Origin: Octopus sinensis
Taxonomy: Eukaryota
Direction of reading: 5' to 3'
NCBI RefSeq assembly: GCF_006345805.1
Contig: NC_043011.1
Location: 54,200,464-54,264,463, forward strand
DNA length: 64,000 nucleotides
In this document: positions 40,691 to 54,451 of the stretch, one piece after another
Layout of the letters: each line of letters starts with the position of its first letter
How positions within the stretch are numbered: the stretch's first letter is position 1
The notes under the pieces: generated by a model
Seen by the model: the letters and a program-made list of their open reading frames with translations, nothing else
What the model was told of the DNA's origin: nothing
The model's database searches: none
Program-made: the position numbers and the translations under genes

Positions 40691-41057
40691 CTTAGTCTTT
40701 TCATGTAAATTATTCTTAAACTTTCAATTTGGAATCCAAACATTTCTGTGATTAGAGTTCTTCGTTGATATTAATTTACACTGACACAAAGTCACAGAAG
40801 CGATTCCGTTGACCGTGGTGTATAACTGGTACTTTTGGTAGATCCCATCAGAAAGTTACGAAACGAATTCCAGCTTGGTTGGGGTCTGAACTGAAAAATT
40901 TTAAGGGAGCTAACGAAATAACGCGAGATCAGTTGTCTGCTGTCATAACAACAACAACAACAACAACAATAATAATAATAATAACAATAACAATAATAAT
41001 AATAATAATAATAATAATACTAATAATAACAATAACAATAATAATAATAATAATGAT

Positions 41058-41605
41058 AAATGCCCTGATGCAGTACCAGGAGGTGGCTCTTCTGGCTTCT
41101 GATCTTAACTGATTGGAAGTGTTATCATGTACATTGATTTGTCTTGGTATAAATGATGGGCTACAGCAAATATTCTGCTCAATACCACAGATTTGCTTGT
41201 CAGTTGTTTGACCGTAACCAGTTGAGCATGTCCAAGGTGGCTGACGATATGAGCATCTCTGATCACGAGCAGAAGTAGTGGGGGAGCATCATAGCCATGT
41301 GCTGAGAGGAATTATTTGGGGCTTGGATAATTCACCCTTGGAAACATGAGTGCTTCGTTCAACATCCTTAAACAACCACCCCTATTCAGGGATCTTTTGA
41401 GTGGGATGGGCTAGTTGGCCTGAAGAAAATTCTAACTGGACCCCCACCTGCATGGTCATGTGCTGTTTATCTTGATATGAGATCATCATGTCACGCAGAT
41501 ATGGTTGTGATGCATGTGCCTGGTGTACCCTTATGAGATGGGTATACTGGGCTTCGTATATTTTACCCCAGTGTCACTTTGATGGCATGCACTGCTCTCT
41601 CACTC

Positions 41606-41606
<1 letters not shown>
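41058..41606 (+). mobile_element. About 550 bp non-coding insert embedded in (AAT)n, probably a LINE 3' UTR or non-autonomous retroposon
   Basis: Sharp-bounded complex sequence flanked by (AAT)n on both sides; no ORF; family not identifiable from the window. Confidence 0.5.
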
Positions 41607-41644
<38 letters not shown>

Positions 41645-41775
41645 TTCTAGTACAGGCACAAGGTCTGAAATTTTTTTTGTGGGGGAGTTAGTCGCTTATA
41701 TCGACCCCAATACTCAACTGGTACTTATTTTATCGAACCCGTAAAGACGAAATGGAAAGTCGTTTTCGGCGGAAT
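41645..41775 (-). mobile_element. SINE family A 3' part
   Basis: ggcacaaggtctgaaatt...tcgacccc...actggtacttattttatcga. Confidence 0.75.
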
Positions 41776-42614
41776 GGAGTATCCTGTTTACAGTTATGTC
41801 ACGTACCAATATCAGCAGACATTGTAATTTATATACATCGGAGAGTTCAGCTCTTTATTCCCCAAAGACCATTTTATGAACAAGCGCAACGAAAGGATTT
41901 CTTCCAGCATACATAAATGCCTGAAAACACCAGAAGCTTAAATTATATGTAAGTTTTGTTTGTAGATTAAATCCTTATTAATTCCCTTAAGTCTTTTTAA
42001 TTATATGCTTTCTGTAAACCTTCCGCCCTAATCTACCCTTCAGCGCTATTTTTCTCTCTTCTGCGATTCCATTTTCTTTTTTTTTTTTGTAACACAGTTG
42101 TCACAATATCGACCTGTTGTGGTGAAATCCTGACACCCCTGTGGGATAGCAAGTGAACTCTCCTAAACCTTATAAAGGCGCATGCGTACTGACAATGCGG
42201 GGTACAGGTGTGTGCAGTCGCATTTGTGAAGGCAGTCGTAGAAGTCGATGATGTGAGATATAAGTTTGTTAGGTGCTTGTTAGTGATTTAGCTTTTGTAT
42301 AGTGTGATAATACAGTTACAGTGTAGTCTATATCCAAACTCAAGGATATAAGACGACCAGACCATCAGATGTCGTTATACACCGCTGCTCACAATGCGCT
42401 TCAAGTTTTGTCTTGATTGCAGAATTCTTTTTCGTCTTAACCCAATTTGCTTGACTAAATCGTCTTCCCGAGGTCTGGAGGCCTTCTAAGAGGCCTTTTC
42501 CAATCTCTGTTTACCCAAATCATAAACTTCATCAATTTTGCGACTTATTTGAAATTTTCTCACTTTACATTTTGGAAAATTTCACTGCTATCATTATTCT
42601 TTTATTCTTGTATT

Positions 42615-42700
42615 TTTTTTACTTGTTTCAGTCATTTGACTGCGGCCATACTGGATCGCCGCCTTTAGTCGAGCAATTCAACTACAGGATTCCAGGTTCA
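42615..42700 (-). mobile_element. SINE family B 3' end, truncated at the next element
   Basis: acttgtttcagtcatttgactgcggccata...tttagtcgagcaa. Confidence 0.8.
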
Positions 42701-42701
42701 G

Positions 42702-43869
42702 TCTATATACATAAATGTGTAATGGTATCTGTGTGTGTGTTTAGGATTAATCTAACTCCTCCCACACAGTCCAACGGATTTTAATGATTTTTGGCACATA
42801 GGTAGATCACATGCCCTGAAGTTCAAATAAGGCCGGAATTTTTCAAAAACTCGATAATATTCAGTTGGCATCGATTTTTGTGAGCTCAATCGGGCGTTTG
42901 AATGAAAACTCCCATAACGATGTTATTTTTCCTGCAGCTTTCGCATTTTTGTCCGATTTTGATGAAAATCGGTGAGTGAGCGAGGCTCATGGCAGTGGAT
43001 TGATGTCAGTATATATGATTTTAGTTTTGACCGTAACTTTTTTATTTTTATCCGATTTTGATGAAATTTGAGATGTAGTGGCGGTGGAGACGGTAAAAAT
43101 GTTTAATTCAAAATGGATTGAAAAGGGCACAAATGCAAAAAAGCATTTCCTTAGAGACATCCTTATCAATTTTGTAGGAGCTTTACACGTGATTACAGTT
43201 TATGTCCATTGGTTGATGCCAGCATGAAGAATTGACAAAAAAAAATCAATAATTCCGCGTGAGCAGGGGATTTTAAGAAATCAATAGGCTTTTTGTATGC
43301 AATTACCCATAAGATTAATATTTTATGCTGTAACTTTTACAGAATAATCAAATTTGGATGAAATTTGACATTCAGGTAAAGTTTATGGTCGGAGTCATGT
43401 AGTAGAATTAAAATTAAACTGGTGAAAGGTAGAAATCGTCAAAATTCACTTACAGTAAAATAATGAACTGATTTGAAAGAAAATTGACCCATGATCGATT
43501 ACTCATATAATGTATTGAGATTTAGAAATCAATGGAATATTTTCATGTAAATTGTCATATGGATTCTACTTTATGACATAAGCTTGACACTTTTCTTCAG
43601 ATTTTGCTACGATTTGACAAGCTGATCAATTTTGTACAGAGGGTGGCATTAAGGGGAAAGAAATAAACAAACATCACTTTCAACGGGTCGAGGTACACCC
43701 AAAAGTTTGACTGAAATTTCAGACGGTCAAGTATGTAGGAGTAAGTCGAAAGCGTTAACCGAATAGAATTCCTGCCGAACAAGGTATAACATCTTAATGG
43801 GTAATAGTTGGTACGAGTAACGTAGAAGATTTCAATACCTAAAACACGAGTAACGCCGGTCCAACAGTA

Positions 43870-43870
<1 letters not shown>
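42702..43870 (+). mobile_element. Probable non-autonomous Helitron
   Basis: 5' TCtatatacataaa followed by (TG)n, recurring ccgattttgatgaaa motifs, 3' acgagtaacgccgg...gtag|t (degenerate hairpin and CTAG); no TSD. Confidence 0.55.
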
Positions 43871-43927
<57 letters not shown>

Positions 43928-44014
43928 ATACATACATACAGGAATATATAGCTATATATATATATTATATATAATATACATACATACACGAATATATATA
44001 TATAAAATAAAACG

Positions 44015-44052
<38 letters not shown>

Positions 44053-45327
44053 CAAATTCGGTGGAGAAGGGGATGAGCCGATACCATCCACTCCAGTACT
44101 AGGCTGATACATACTCATGCATGATATGCAAACACTCACATGCACACACATATATACACATACACGCACAGAAAATATATATTATGGATATACATCTAGC
44201 ATATATCATCACAATCATCATCACTGTCATTATCATCATCACCAGCATCCTTTCAACGTCCACACCCGCTGCCACCACCACCGCCACCACCACCACCACC
44301 ACCATTCCCAACAAGAACAACACTAAAAATACCACCATTAACATCACTATCACCCCCGACACTACTACTATAGCCACCACTGCAGCTATAACCACCATCA
44401 CCACCACCATCACCACCACTATCACCAGCATCATCACCACCATAAACATCACCATGTCCATCAAATAACCATCACTATCACCATACTTACCATCACCAGC
44501 ATCCGCATCACCCCACCACCACCACCACGATTTTCCCCGCCGCCATCACCACCGTCAGCAGCGAGTGTTAACTCCATTTTAGCCACTTAGTGCCGCTCAA
44601 TTTACCTCGCTCCGTCCCTTTTCCCTGCCAGATACCCCCACCCCCATCCCCCCTCACCCCGGCACCCAATTCGCCTCTGCTTCCAGCCAAATCCTCATTC
44701 ATAGAGCATTCATCCTCGTCTTCCTGCTCCTCCTACTCCTCGTCAATCCTCTTCCTCCTCTTCTTCCTCCTCCTCCTCCTCCCATTATTATAAACAAATT
44801 TTTCATTAAGCATCTGCTTCCCCTTTTATTTTCTCTTTTCATCTTCTTTCCACCCCCCACTCCCCACCACCACCACCACCACCATCACCCCCCACCACAC
44901 ACATCACGACCACCCACACATCATCGTCATCCTTTCCCTCCCCCTCCACCCACACCCGAATACCATTTTTTTTTCATATTCCTTTCTTTCCCCATTCAGA
45001 TCTCTTCGTTCCTTTTCATTCACTCTTTTCATTCAGTCGTTCTTTTCATTCCTTTTTCTCCTTTCAGTTCTGTTTCCAATGAAATTATTCCCATAATTTC
45101 ATTTCATATTTCTTCCATGTTTTTTTTTTGCTTCATCCTTCTAAACTTCTTCATCATAATATTCTTCTTCATCTTCATGTTCTTCTTTACTTCTTTTTCT
45201 TCATCATCCTCATCATCTTTATTTTTTTTACTTCTTTACTTTTTTTTCTTTACTTCTTTTCTTCTTCATCCTCATCATCCTTACTTTTCCTTTACTTTTT
45301 CTTCTTTACTTCATCTTTTTCTTCATC

Positions 45328-45703
45328 GCAGGAGTGGCTGTGTGGTAAGTAGCTTGCTTACCAACCACATGGTTCCGGGTTCATTCCCACTCCGTGGCAC
45401 CTTGGGCAAGTGTCTTCTATAGCCTCAGGCAGACCAAAGCCTTGTGAGTGGATTTGGTAGATGGAAACTGAAGGAAGCTCATCGTATGTATGTAAATATG
45501 TATGTGTGTATATGTTCGTGTGTGTGTCTGTCCCCCCCACCAACATCGCTTGACAACCGATGCTGGTGTGTTTACGTCCCCACAACTAAGTGCTTCGACA
45601 AAAGAGACAGATAAAATAAGTACTAAGCTTACAAAGAATAAGTCCTGGGGTCGATTTCCTCCAGCATGGCCGCAGTCAAATGACTGAAACAAGTAAAAGA
45701 GTA
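45328..45703 (+). mobile_element. SINE family B, near full length
   Basis: Collinear with 18175-18570, with a small 3' deletion. Confidence 0.9.
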
Positions 45704-46371
45704 TCTTCATCATCATCTTTACTTTTCCTTTTCTGGTTTTCATTATTTCTTTGCTTCTTCATTTTTCTTCCTCTTTCTTTACTTCTATCATTCTTTCATT
45801 CATTCTTCCTTTCATTTCTAATGCCCACTCACATCCATTTTTTTCTTCCTTCGTCCTTTTGTTATTTCTTTCTTTCTTCCTGTTATTGTTTCTTTCTTTC
45901 TTCCTTTTAATTTTATTTGAAAATTTCCTTGTTATTTCTTTTCTTTCATTCTCTGTAGTGTTTTTATGTCTTCATATCAACAGACCAGCTTCCATCCGAA
46001 ACAGTAAGCCGGCAAAATAAATTCATTATTCTTCAAAATAAATCCTCTCACATTGAGGAAATAAATACCAGCAATATACCCTGTTTGTCCCAATCAACTG
46101 TATTTATTCCTTAAATAATTGATCACGAGAATGGGTTTATCCATTGATAAGGTTGCAAAAGCAACGAAAAGTTTGGAAAATATAAAATAAATAAATGACT
46201 GGAAACTGCACCGGTGAGTGTGTTAGATATTAAGGCAGTATGACCCTCCCCAGACAACAAAATTTGTTTCAACACACGAATCCACATAAACAATCTTGCA
46301 AACCAGATACAAAATCAGATACAAAGCGAAGTTAAACAAGAATGTTATCTTCATAATTATTGGATCAACAA

Positions 46372-46910
46372 ACTGCTAAACATGGAGGAGGATCTGCGAT
46401 GATCTGTTGGGGCTAGATCTTGGAAATCCACCGGCCCAATGCTTTCCCTTCATGGCAGAATTAGTAGTGAAGACTATTTAAGCATTTTATCTGATCAAAT
46501 TCATCCTATCGTTGCGGAACTGTTTCTGGAGGGAAACGCAATCTTTCAGTATGGTAATGCACCAATTCACACAGCTAAAGTTGTTACTGAATGGCACGAG
46601 GAACATTCTAGTGAAGCTGAACATCTTAACTGGCCACCACAGTCCCCAGATCTCAATATTATTGAACATTTATGGTGCATTTTAGAAAAACAAGTAAGGA
46701 GTCGGTATCCTCTACAATTATCACTACAAGAATTGGGGACTGTTTTAGCTGAAGAATGGACAAAAATTCCTTTGGAAACAATTCAAACTTTGTACGAGTC
46801 CATACCTCGTAGAATTCAAACTGTAATTACTACCAAAGGCGGTCCTACCGCATCTTAAAAAAACTTTGTTTGAAATTTTAAGGTGTTTCCATTATTTTGT
46901 TCAACCCCTG
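46372..46910 (+). mobile_element. Tc1-like transposon 3' half (DD36E spacing) with right TIR
   Basis: KHGGGS...FQYGNAPIHTA...WPPQSPDLNIIEHLW...SIPRRIQTVITTKGGPT; ends tccattattttgttcaacccctg followed by TA; second catalytic Asp mutated. Confidence 0.92.
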
Positions 46911-46913
46911 TAT

Positions 46914-47325
46914 ACTCTTTACTCGTGTACTTGTTTCAGTCATTTGACTGTGGCCATGCTGGAGCACCGCATTTAGTCTAGCAGATAGACCCCCAGGACT
47001 TATTCTCTGTAAGCCTAGTACGTATTCTATCGGTCTCTTTTGCCGAACCGCTAAGTTACGGGGACGTAAACACACCAGCATCGGTTGTCAAGCAATGTGA
47101 GGGGGTAGGGAACAAACACAGACACACAAACATACAACCACACACACACATATATATATATGCACGACGGGCTTCTTTTCGATTTCCGTCTCCAAAATCC
47201 ACTCACAAGGTTTTGGTCGACCCGAGACTTAGAAGACACTTGGCCAAGGTGCCACACAGTGGAACTGAACACCCGGAACCATGTGGTTGGTAAGCAAGCT
47301 ACTTACCACACAGCCACTCCTACGC
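46914..47325 (-). mobile_element. SINE family B, full length
   Basis: Reverse complement of the family B structure from head to tail. Confidence 0.9.
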
Positions 47326-47951
47326 ATATATATATATATATATATACACACATACATAAACATATATTGTTGATGTCATCAGAATTTATGAACTTTCGAG
47401 AGAGCGTGAAAGAATTCGTTTTTTGGGAATATTGGATATCGAAGGTTGCGTTCGACTTTTGTATCCAAAAGGATTTTTCAATCCAATATTTACATGGTAT
47501 CACTCATAGCCTTACGTGATGTACCCCGAGACCCAATATTCCCACAAAAAAAGACACACACACACACGAACGTGCGCACACGCGCATACATACAGATTGG
47601 GACATTTAGTATAGCAAATACACTGTATTGTCTTCAGTTAGTTTTTTTTATTGATTCATCCTATGAACTTGTATCCCTCTCTCACGCGCACGCTCCCAAT
47701 CTCTCTACATATGTATACATACATATACACAATATATATATATTATGTATATGTATGAAACGTATACACAGAAGAGAGAGAGAGGGGGAGGGAGAAGGGA
47801 GAGAGTGGATGCTGGGGTAAGTGTTGAAAATAAAGGAGAAAGCGAATGATAGAAAAAGTAGAAATTCCCCAAAATTGCCTGAGTATATGTGTATATGTAT
47901 GTATGTACATATGTTCATACACCACACACATATATGTATATATCATATATG

Positions 47952-48016
<65 letters not shown>

Positions 48017-48154
48017 GTAGTATATACATATATGTTTGCATATATGTATATATATATGTATGTATATACATATATGTTTGCATATACGTATATATATATA
48101 TATGTATGTATATACATATATGTCCATCTCTAAATAATAATAATAATAATAATA

Positions 48155-48190
<36 letters not shown>

Positions 48191-49019
48191 CAACAGCAAC
48201 AACAACTGTCTTTAAAAAGAAATCTCCCTTGGAAATGAAGAACTCTTGGAAAAATGAGAAATAATTGGTAGAATGAATAGATACGTAAAAAACGGAATAT
48301 ATTAATGACAAAATAAATAAATTAGATCAATATCAGATCAAAGCGACAATATTGTTTAACGACGACGACTACGACGACACAACAACAACAACAACGAGAC
48401 ACAATGGTCGAATGGCAAGGAAAAGAGAAAAACAGCCGTGACAAGCAACAACAACAATAATAATAAGGATGATGATGATGGTAATAATAATGACGAAATA
48501 CGATAAAAAAGTGATGCAAAAGACATAACTACAATAACAACGATAACGACAAGAACAAGAACAAGAACAACAACGAAAATGGATGAGAGGCAGAAGGTAA
48601 AAGAAAATGGCTGTAACCCAGTAATTTTAAGGGACAACGTTTAAATAAACAAACAGTACAACAAAAACAAAAACATAAAGGAAAAAAAGAATAAAGCTCT
48701 ATGTGTCCCCTTTGTTATAACGATGAGGATGAACCCTATAGAATATGATTAGGGGTCAGGATAATCGATAATTAGTGCTAAACTAAAATACATGTGCAGA
48801 TGGTGCGTTTGAGAAGATGATCTGTTTTGCATAATATGGCGGCGGTGGGGGCCAAGCAATGAGCTATAAACGTCGACAACGCACTGGGGCTAGTTAACTA
48901 TTTAAGGAGCAGAAAAAGGGACCAATTTGTTAACAAGGTTCAATGGTTTATGATTTCAATAAAAAACATATCTTTTCTTCATTTTTTCACCCTTTCTCTT
49001 AATTATTGCAATAAAAGAA

Positions 49020-49055
<36 letters not shown>

Positions 49056-49065
49056 TTCTTCATTG

Positions 49066-49282
49066 AAGGCGGCAAGATAGCAGAATCGTTACAGCACCGG
49101 AGAAAATGTAGAGCGGCATTTCTTCCAGCTTCACGTTCTAAGTTCAAATTCCTCCGAGGTGCAATTTTGCTTATCAGGGTCAATAAAATAAGTACTTATT
49201 TTAATGGATTTGACCAGTCAATGTAATCGATCAGCCTTTCACCCAAAATTTCAGACACTGTGCCTTCAGTAGAAAGGATTAT
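49066..49282 (+). mobile_element. SINE family A, diverged, ordinary tail into (ATT)n
   Basis: aaggcggcaagatagcagaatcgtta...aagttcaaattcc...tgtgcct..agtagaaaggatt. Confidence 0.8.
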
Positions 49283-49308
49283 TATTATTATTATTATTAT
49301 TATTACTA

Positions 49309-49567
49309 ATTTCTTTGCTCAGCTTCTAACGCTGGAGATGTACTACAATGTCAGCTGCTCACTAGCAGTGAACTAAGGTAACACCTTATTAGCGATTCCA
49401 AGCAGTGCTGTTTTCTGCAAGTACTCCACCCTTATTGCAGCCCCTATTTGTTCCATGTACTTCTCAAAATTTTTAATCACTGTTCCCAGTGCTCCGACAA
49501 TCATTGGTACTACTACCACCTTTTTCATCGACCACAACTGCTTAACCTCCCAAGCTAACCTGTCGTA

Positions 49568-49568
<1 letters not shown>
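49309..49568 (-). mobile_element. R4/Dong-type LINE 3' end in (TAA)n
   Basis: YDRLAWEVKQLWSMKKVVVVPMIVGALGTVIKNFEKYMEQIGAAIRVEYLQKTALLGIA. Confidence 0.88.
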
Positions 49569-49604
<36 letters not shown>

Positions 49605-49621
49605 GTTGTTGTTGTTATTAT

Positions 49622-49892
49622 TCAGTAGTTTTATTTTTATAGCACGATTTCATTTCACTACCGAGCGCAGCTCTGTGTGCCTTGGGTATGTGCTGTGATT
49701 TGTTGTGATGCTCTTATGGTTACTGTATTGAAAGTGTTCTGCGTAGATGTGTTCATTGTCCAGTAGTGCAATTTTCTGTATGTTATATATATTTGTAAGT
49801 CCTGGTGTTTTTGTTATGTATTTGTCTGAATATTTTTTTATCATACCTAATGCGCCTACTATGACAGGAATTGTTTCTGTTTTTAGATTCGA
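49622..49892 (-). mobile_element. Second, different R4/Dong-type LINE 3' end in (TAA)n
   Basis: NLKTETIPVIVGALGMIKKYSDKYITKTPGLTNIYNIQKIALL. Confidence 0.88.
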
Positions 49893-49936
<44 letters not shown>

Positions 49937-50719
49937 GCTAGTACATGCTAATTCGATTAGCAGGTATTTTATCTTGATACTTGGTGACAAGTCTCCTCAA
50001 ATCTCAAGAATATTCCTTAGGATTCTTGCAGAATATAGTATGATACTTTCTGTAGGTCGACAACGTGAGCTTTACTTCCAGTTTCTTGATATTACAAAGT
50101 ATAATTTTTATTCTTAATTTTTAATTCGTAATTTTTAATCTTCAATGCTTAATTGTATTGCTTATTTTCAAAGGGATGTAAAATTAGATATATAATTTTT
50201 TGAAACAGAACCTGAAGATGTGTTGGAATAATTGTAAATCTGGCGATTGCATATATGGGTATACAGTCGTGTATATGTATATATATTGTAATCTTCCAAT
50301 ATTGAAACACATGTAGTTCCTTCATATTTAATAAATGTATTAACCAAAGTATGATGTAATTAATGAAGTACATGATATACTCAGCTGGAAATTTTGGTTA
50401 TATCCTTGAAGTATTATTTCGTGATGTACAAACTGATACCATGAGTCTACTGTAAGATATACTCATTTGGTTATTTTTGCATTATCTGAAATAGAATACC
50501 CACATATCGATTAATCCCCCAAAATAGAATATTGACTTTTATCAGATACGTTGTATATTTATAGATAAATATATAGATATACGATAAATAAGACCCCGAA
50601 GTACGATATGTAGATGCATATAACACTGTAGGGTTACACCTCACGGATTTGGAAATTTGTTTTCCCAAATTATTTATATTAATCTTACAATTGGTTCTAC
50701 CACTAGGACTTCTTATAAA

Positions 50720-51578
50720 ATGTCAGAGATGGATCGTTCAGGTAGGATTGAGACGATAGAGTGGAATTCATCTTTGAAGGATGTACCTATTCCCAGTAGG
50801 AAAGAATATATACAGGACCTAATTAACCAGCTAAAAAACTTTATAAATAGAATGAGAAAATGGAAGGTCCACTACTATAATAAAAACAATCCTAATAAGA
50901 ATAATATTAATATGGATGATATAGGCTATATAAAGAGAAACTTCAAGTCTGGGCAGGAAGCCCCCAATAATAGAATTATACAGGACTTTGAGGAGAGAAT
51001 ATGGAATATGGAATATGGTGAAAAATATGAAATTCAAAAAATACCCTAACAGACACAACAAGCACCTCAGCAATTTAGCTAGAAAAATTGAAATATTAAA
51101 GAACCAGGATGGAGTTGTAGTGCAATCTGATAAGACCAGGAATTTATATAGACTAGATACACAATTTATGATAAACTACTAGAAAAAGAAATGATGAAAA
51201 AATATGAGGTAGTTAATAAAAATTATTTGGATAATATCAACATAATTTCTAAAAAAATCATGGTTAAATATGGTATTGAAAATACAACTGAACCATGTGT
51301 CCCGATGCATCCAAGAATAACGATTAAAGACCATAAGGATAATTTTTACTCAAACCCCCAAGTAAGATTGATATGCCCTAGCAAGTCAGATATAGGTAGA
51401 TTTAGCAAATTATTATTGGATAAATATATAAGTAAATTAAATAAGTTAGGTAACCTTAAACTCTGGAATTGTACCAGAGATACTATAAAATGGTTTAACA
51501 ATATTAAGGATAAAAATAGATGTAAATTCCTTCAAATTGATATAGAGGATTATCATTCATCTACAAATGAAGTGGTTT
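50720..51578 (+). mobile_element. Penelope-like (Naiad-type) element, N-terminal domain and start of RT, frameshifted
   Basis: SLKDVPIPSRKEY...FINRMR-WKV...SDKTRNLY...ITIKDHKDNFYSNPQVRLICPSKSDIGRFSKLLLD...IKWF...FLQIDIEDY. Confidence 0.88.
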
Positions 51579-51589
51579 TATACATACAA

Positions 51590-51641
51590 ATGCGACGGGC
51601 TTCTTTTAATTTCCGTCTACAAAATCCACTCGTGCGTATGT

Positions 51642-51684
<43 letters not shown>

Positions 51685-51730
51685 GTGTGCGTGTGAGTGT
51701 GTACACATATATATGTATATTTCTACATGT

Positions 51731-51772
<42 letters not shown>

Positions 51773-51839
51773 CAAGTAGGCGTACATATGTACATGTATA
51801 AAACATATACATACACGTTCCCCATACACACACGCATAG

Positions 51840-51928
<89 letters not shown>

Positions 51929-52035
51929 AAGGCTTTTCTAGAACACACTTGCCTAAGGTGCCACGCAGCGGGACTGAACCCGAAACCATTTGGTTGGCTA
52001 AGAAGCTTCTTACTACACAGCCACGCCTGCGCCTG
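51590..52035 (-). mobile_element. SINE family B 5' half, interrupted by low-complexity DNA
   Basis: cgacgggcttct...tttccgtctacaaaatccactc (51593-51631) and ccaaggct...aaggtgccacgcagcgggactgaaccc...cacagccacgcctgc (51927-52031). Confidence 0.8.
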
Positions 52036-52259
52036 TACGTTCAGGAATCTTAAGTGGAAACGGTCCGAAATATTTTCAAATCTTCACTGCGGCACAAAAT
52101 GGTTGAATTTGGTGGACGTGAGTCGGTTTCCTTCCATTATGGAATACCCCGTATTTAGAGGCTTTTATACAAACCTCTTGTTACATATATACACACACAT
52201 ATGTAGACATATTCACAAATATATATACAGTATATATATATATGTATATATATATATTA

Positions 52260-52291
<32 letters not shown>

Positions 52292-52964
52292 GTGTTGTGT
52301 GTGTGTGCGCGTATGCATGTTTATGTGTGCGTATGTATATGCGTGTGCGTATGGGGAACGTGTATGTATATGTTTTATACATGTACATCTGTACGCCTGT
52401 TTGCATCTATATATACATGTATAAATGCACATATATCTATGTGTATATATATATATGTATGTACGTATACCAGTGCATAAATGTTTATGTGTACACACAC
52501 ACACACACATATATATATACACACACACACATAATATACACACGAATGTGTGTGTATGTGTGTGTGTACGCCATTTTAACCAAGATGAAAAGAACCTCAC
52601 ATCTTTTGCCCTAACAACGACTGCATATTTACTAAACTCAACTCTCCCATCCGCCCTTTATCCTCCTCCTCTTCCTCTTTTCATTCCTTCCTCAGCTTTC
52701 TCTTCTTCAGCTCTCACTCTCACTCTCTCTCTCTCTCTCTCTCCATTATTCCCATCATTTTCTCTCTCTACCCGTCTACGTCTCTTTCTACCCGTCTCTT
52801 GTTCCCTGAACACACGCTCACACACATGCACGCATACACACACACACACTGTCTCATTATTGTTCACACACACACATGGTTCTACACACACTCATAACTG
52901 TGCACACACACACACACACACACGCGCGCTTCTACGCTCTCTCTCTCTCACACACACACCTCTA

Positions 52965-53090
52965 CATATATAGAGACACATGCACATACACAAACTACTG
53001 TACACACACATACAATCTGCCGTACATCGCCAGTACCCTACTCACATACACATACATGTTTCCACACGCAAACACGCACACTCAAAAATG

Positions 53091-53134
<44 letters not shown>

Positions 53135-53530
53135 CATACATAGAGTCACATGCACATAAACTGCTGTACATACACATACAGTCTTCCATACATAGCCACC
53201 ACTCTACTCACATATGCATACATGTTTCCACACACAAACACGCACACACTTGCACGCACACGCACTCACACACACCCACATACATAGAGACACATGCACA
53301 TACACAGACTACTGTACACACACATACAGTCTTCCTTACATAGCCACTACCCTACTTACACATACAGGTTTACACACACACACACACACACTCACATTTG
53401 CACTCACACACACATACATAGAAACACATACATATACACAAACTACTGTACACACACGTACAGTCTTCCATACATAGCCACTACCCTACTCACATATACA
53501 CACATGTTTCCACACACAAACACGCACACA

Positions 53531-53535
<5 letters not shown>
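52965..53535 (+). repeat. Degenerate CA-rich minisatellite, about 4 units of 135-170 bp
   Basis: catagagacacatgcaca...actactgtacac...catagccactaccctact recurs four times. Confidence 0.8.
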
Positions 53536-53575
<40 letters not shown>

Positions 53576-54451
53576 CACACTTGCACACACACATGCACTC
53601 ACATACATGCACTCACACAAGCACTGAAATACACTGTCGTGTTTCCATTGCTCTCCATCCAACTTCCGCTCTGATATTCTCTCTGTTCCGAACAATCCAC
53701 GCATCCACCTCTACACATCACATCACCACACAAGCCCCCACTCCCACCCCACCCCACCCCAACATACCCCTTCCCTCCCCTCAGTTTCCTTCTATCCTCA
53801 GCCCTCAAAACCCGAACCCCACCACCCCACCCAACCCCCTTCCTCCGTAATTCCATCTAATTAAGGACCATTGGATTAAGAACGAGCAATCGTTTAATTT
53901 CTACGCCGCCATTATTGTGTACAAAAGAACTCTATGGCAAAACATTAAATAACATCGGACGACGGAGAAAACGGTTCAGCGATCCGTGACCGGCTATGGA
54001 CAGGCTTAGTTGGCGTCTCGTCTCGCTCTACAGAGCAGCCCGTATTTAAAGATCTGCCTAGAAGCTTTGTCATTGGTTGGTTTGGGCGGTTAAATCGTCT
54101 CGTAGCTGTTTACTTGGTTTCCGTGTTTGTTTCTTATCAAGGGGCTACATACTGGGTAAGGCCACTGAATACACATATATCCCCCTTTAAATGGTAGCTC
54201 CCTTCTTTTCTTACCCTTCTTCGTTATTTGCTCTATTTATAAACCCTAATGTAATGTCATTTAAATTGATCATTTAAACAACGAACACAAAAAAAAAACG
54301 TACCACAAAAACCTTGTTTAGGTTTACAGTCAGACAGCAGAAACCGTCGTGACACACAGACACACTCATTACGCACACAGACATATACATATACACATAC
54401 TTACACATACATATATACATACTCGAAAGGCATATGACTGTAATCTTTTGC

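Noticed and set aside
49940-50700. AT-rich segment upstream of the Naiad-type fragment as additional coding sequence
   Set aside because: No recognisable protein motif and frequent stops in the frames I read
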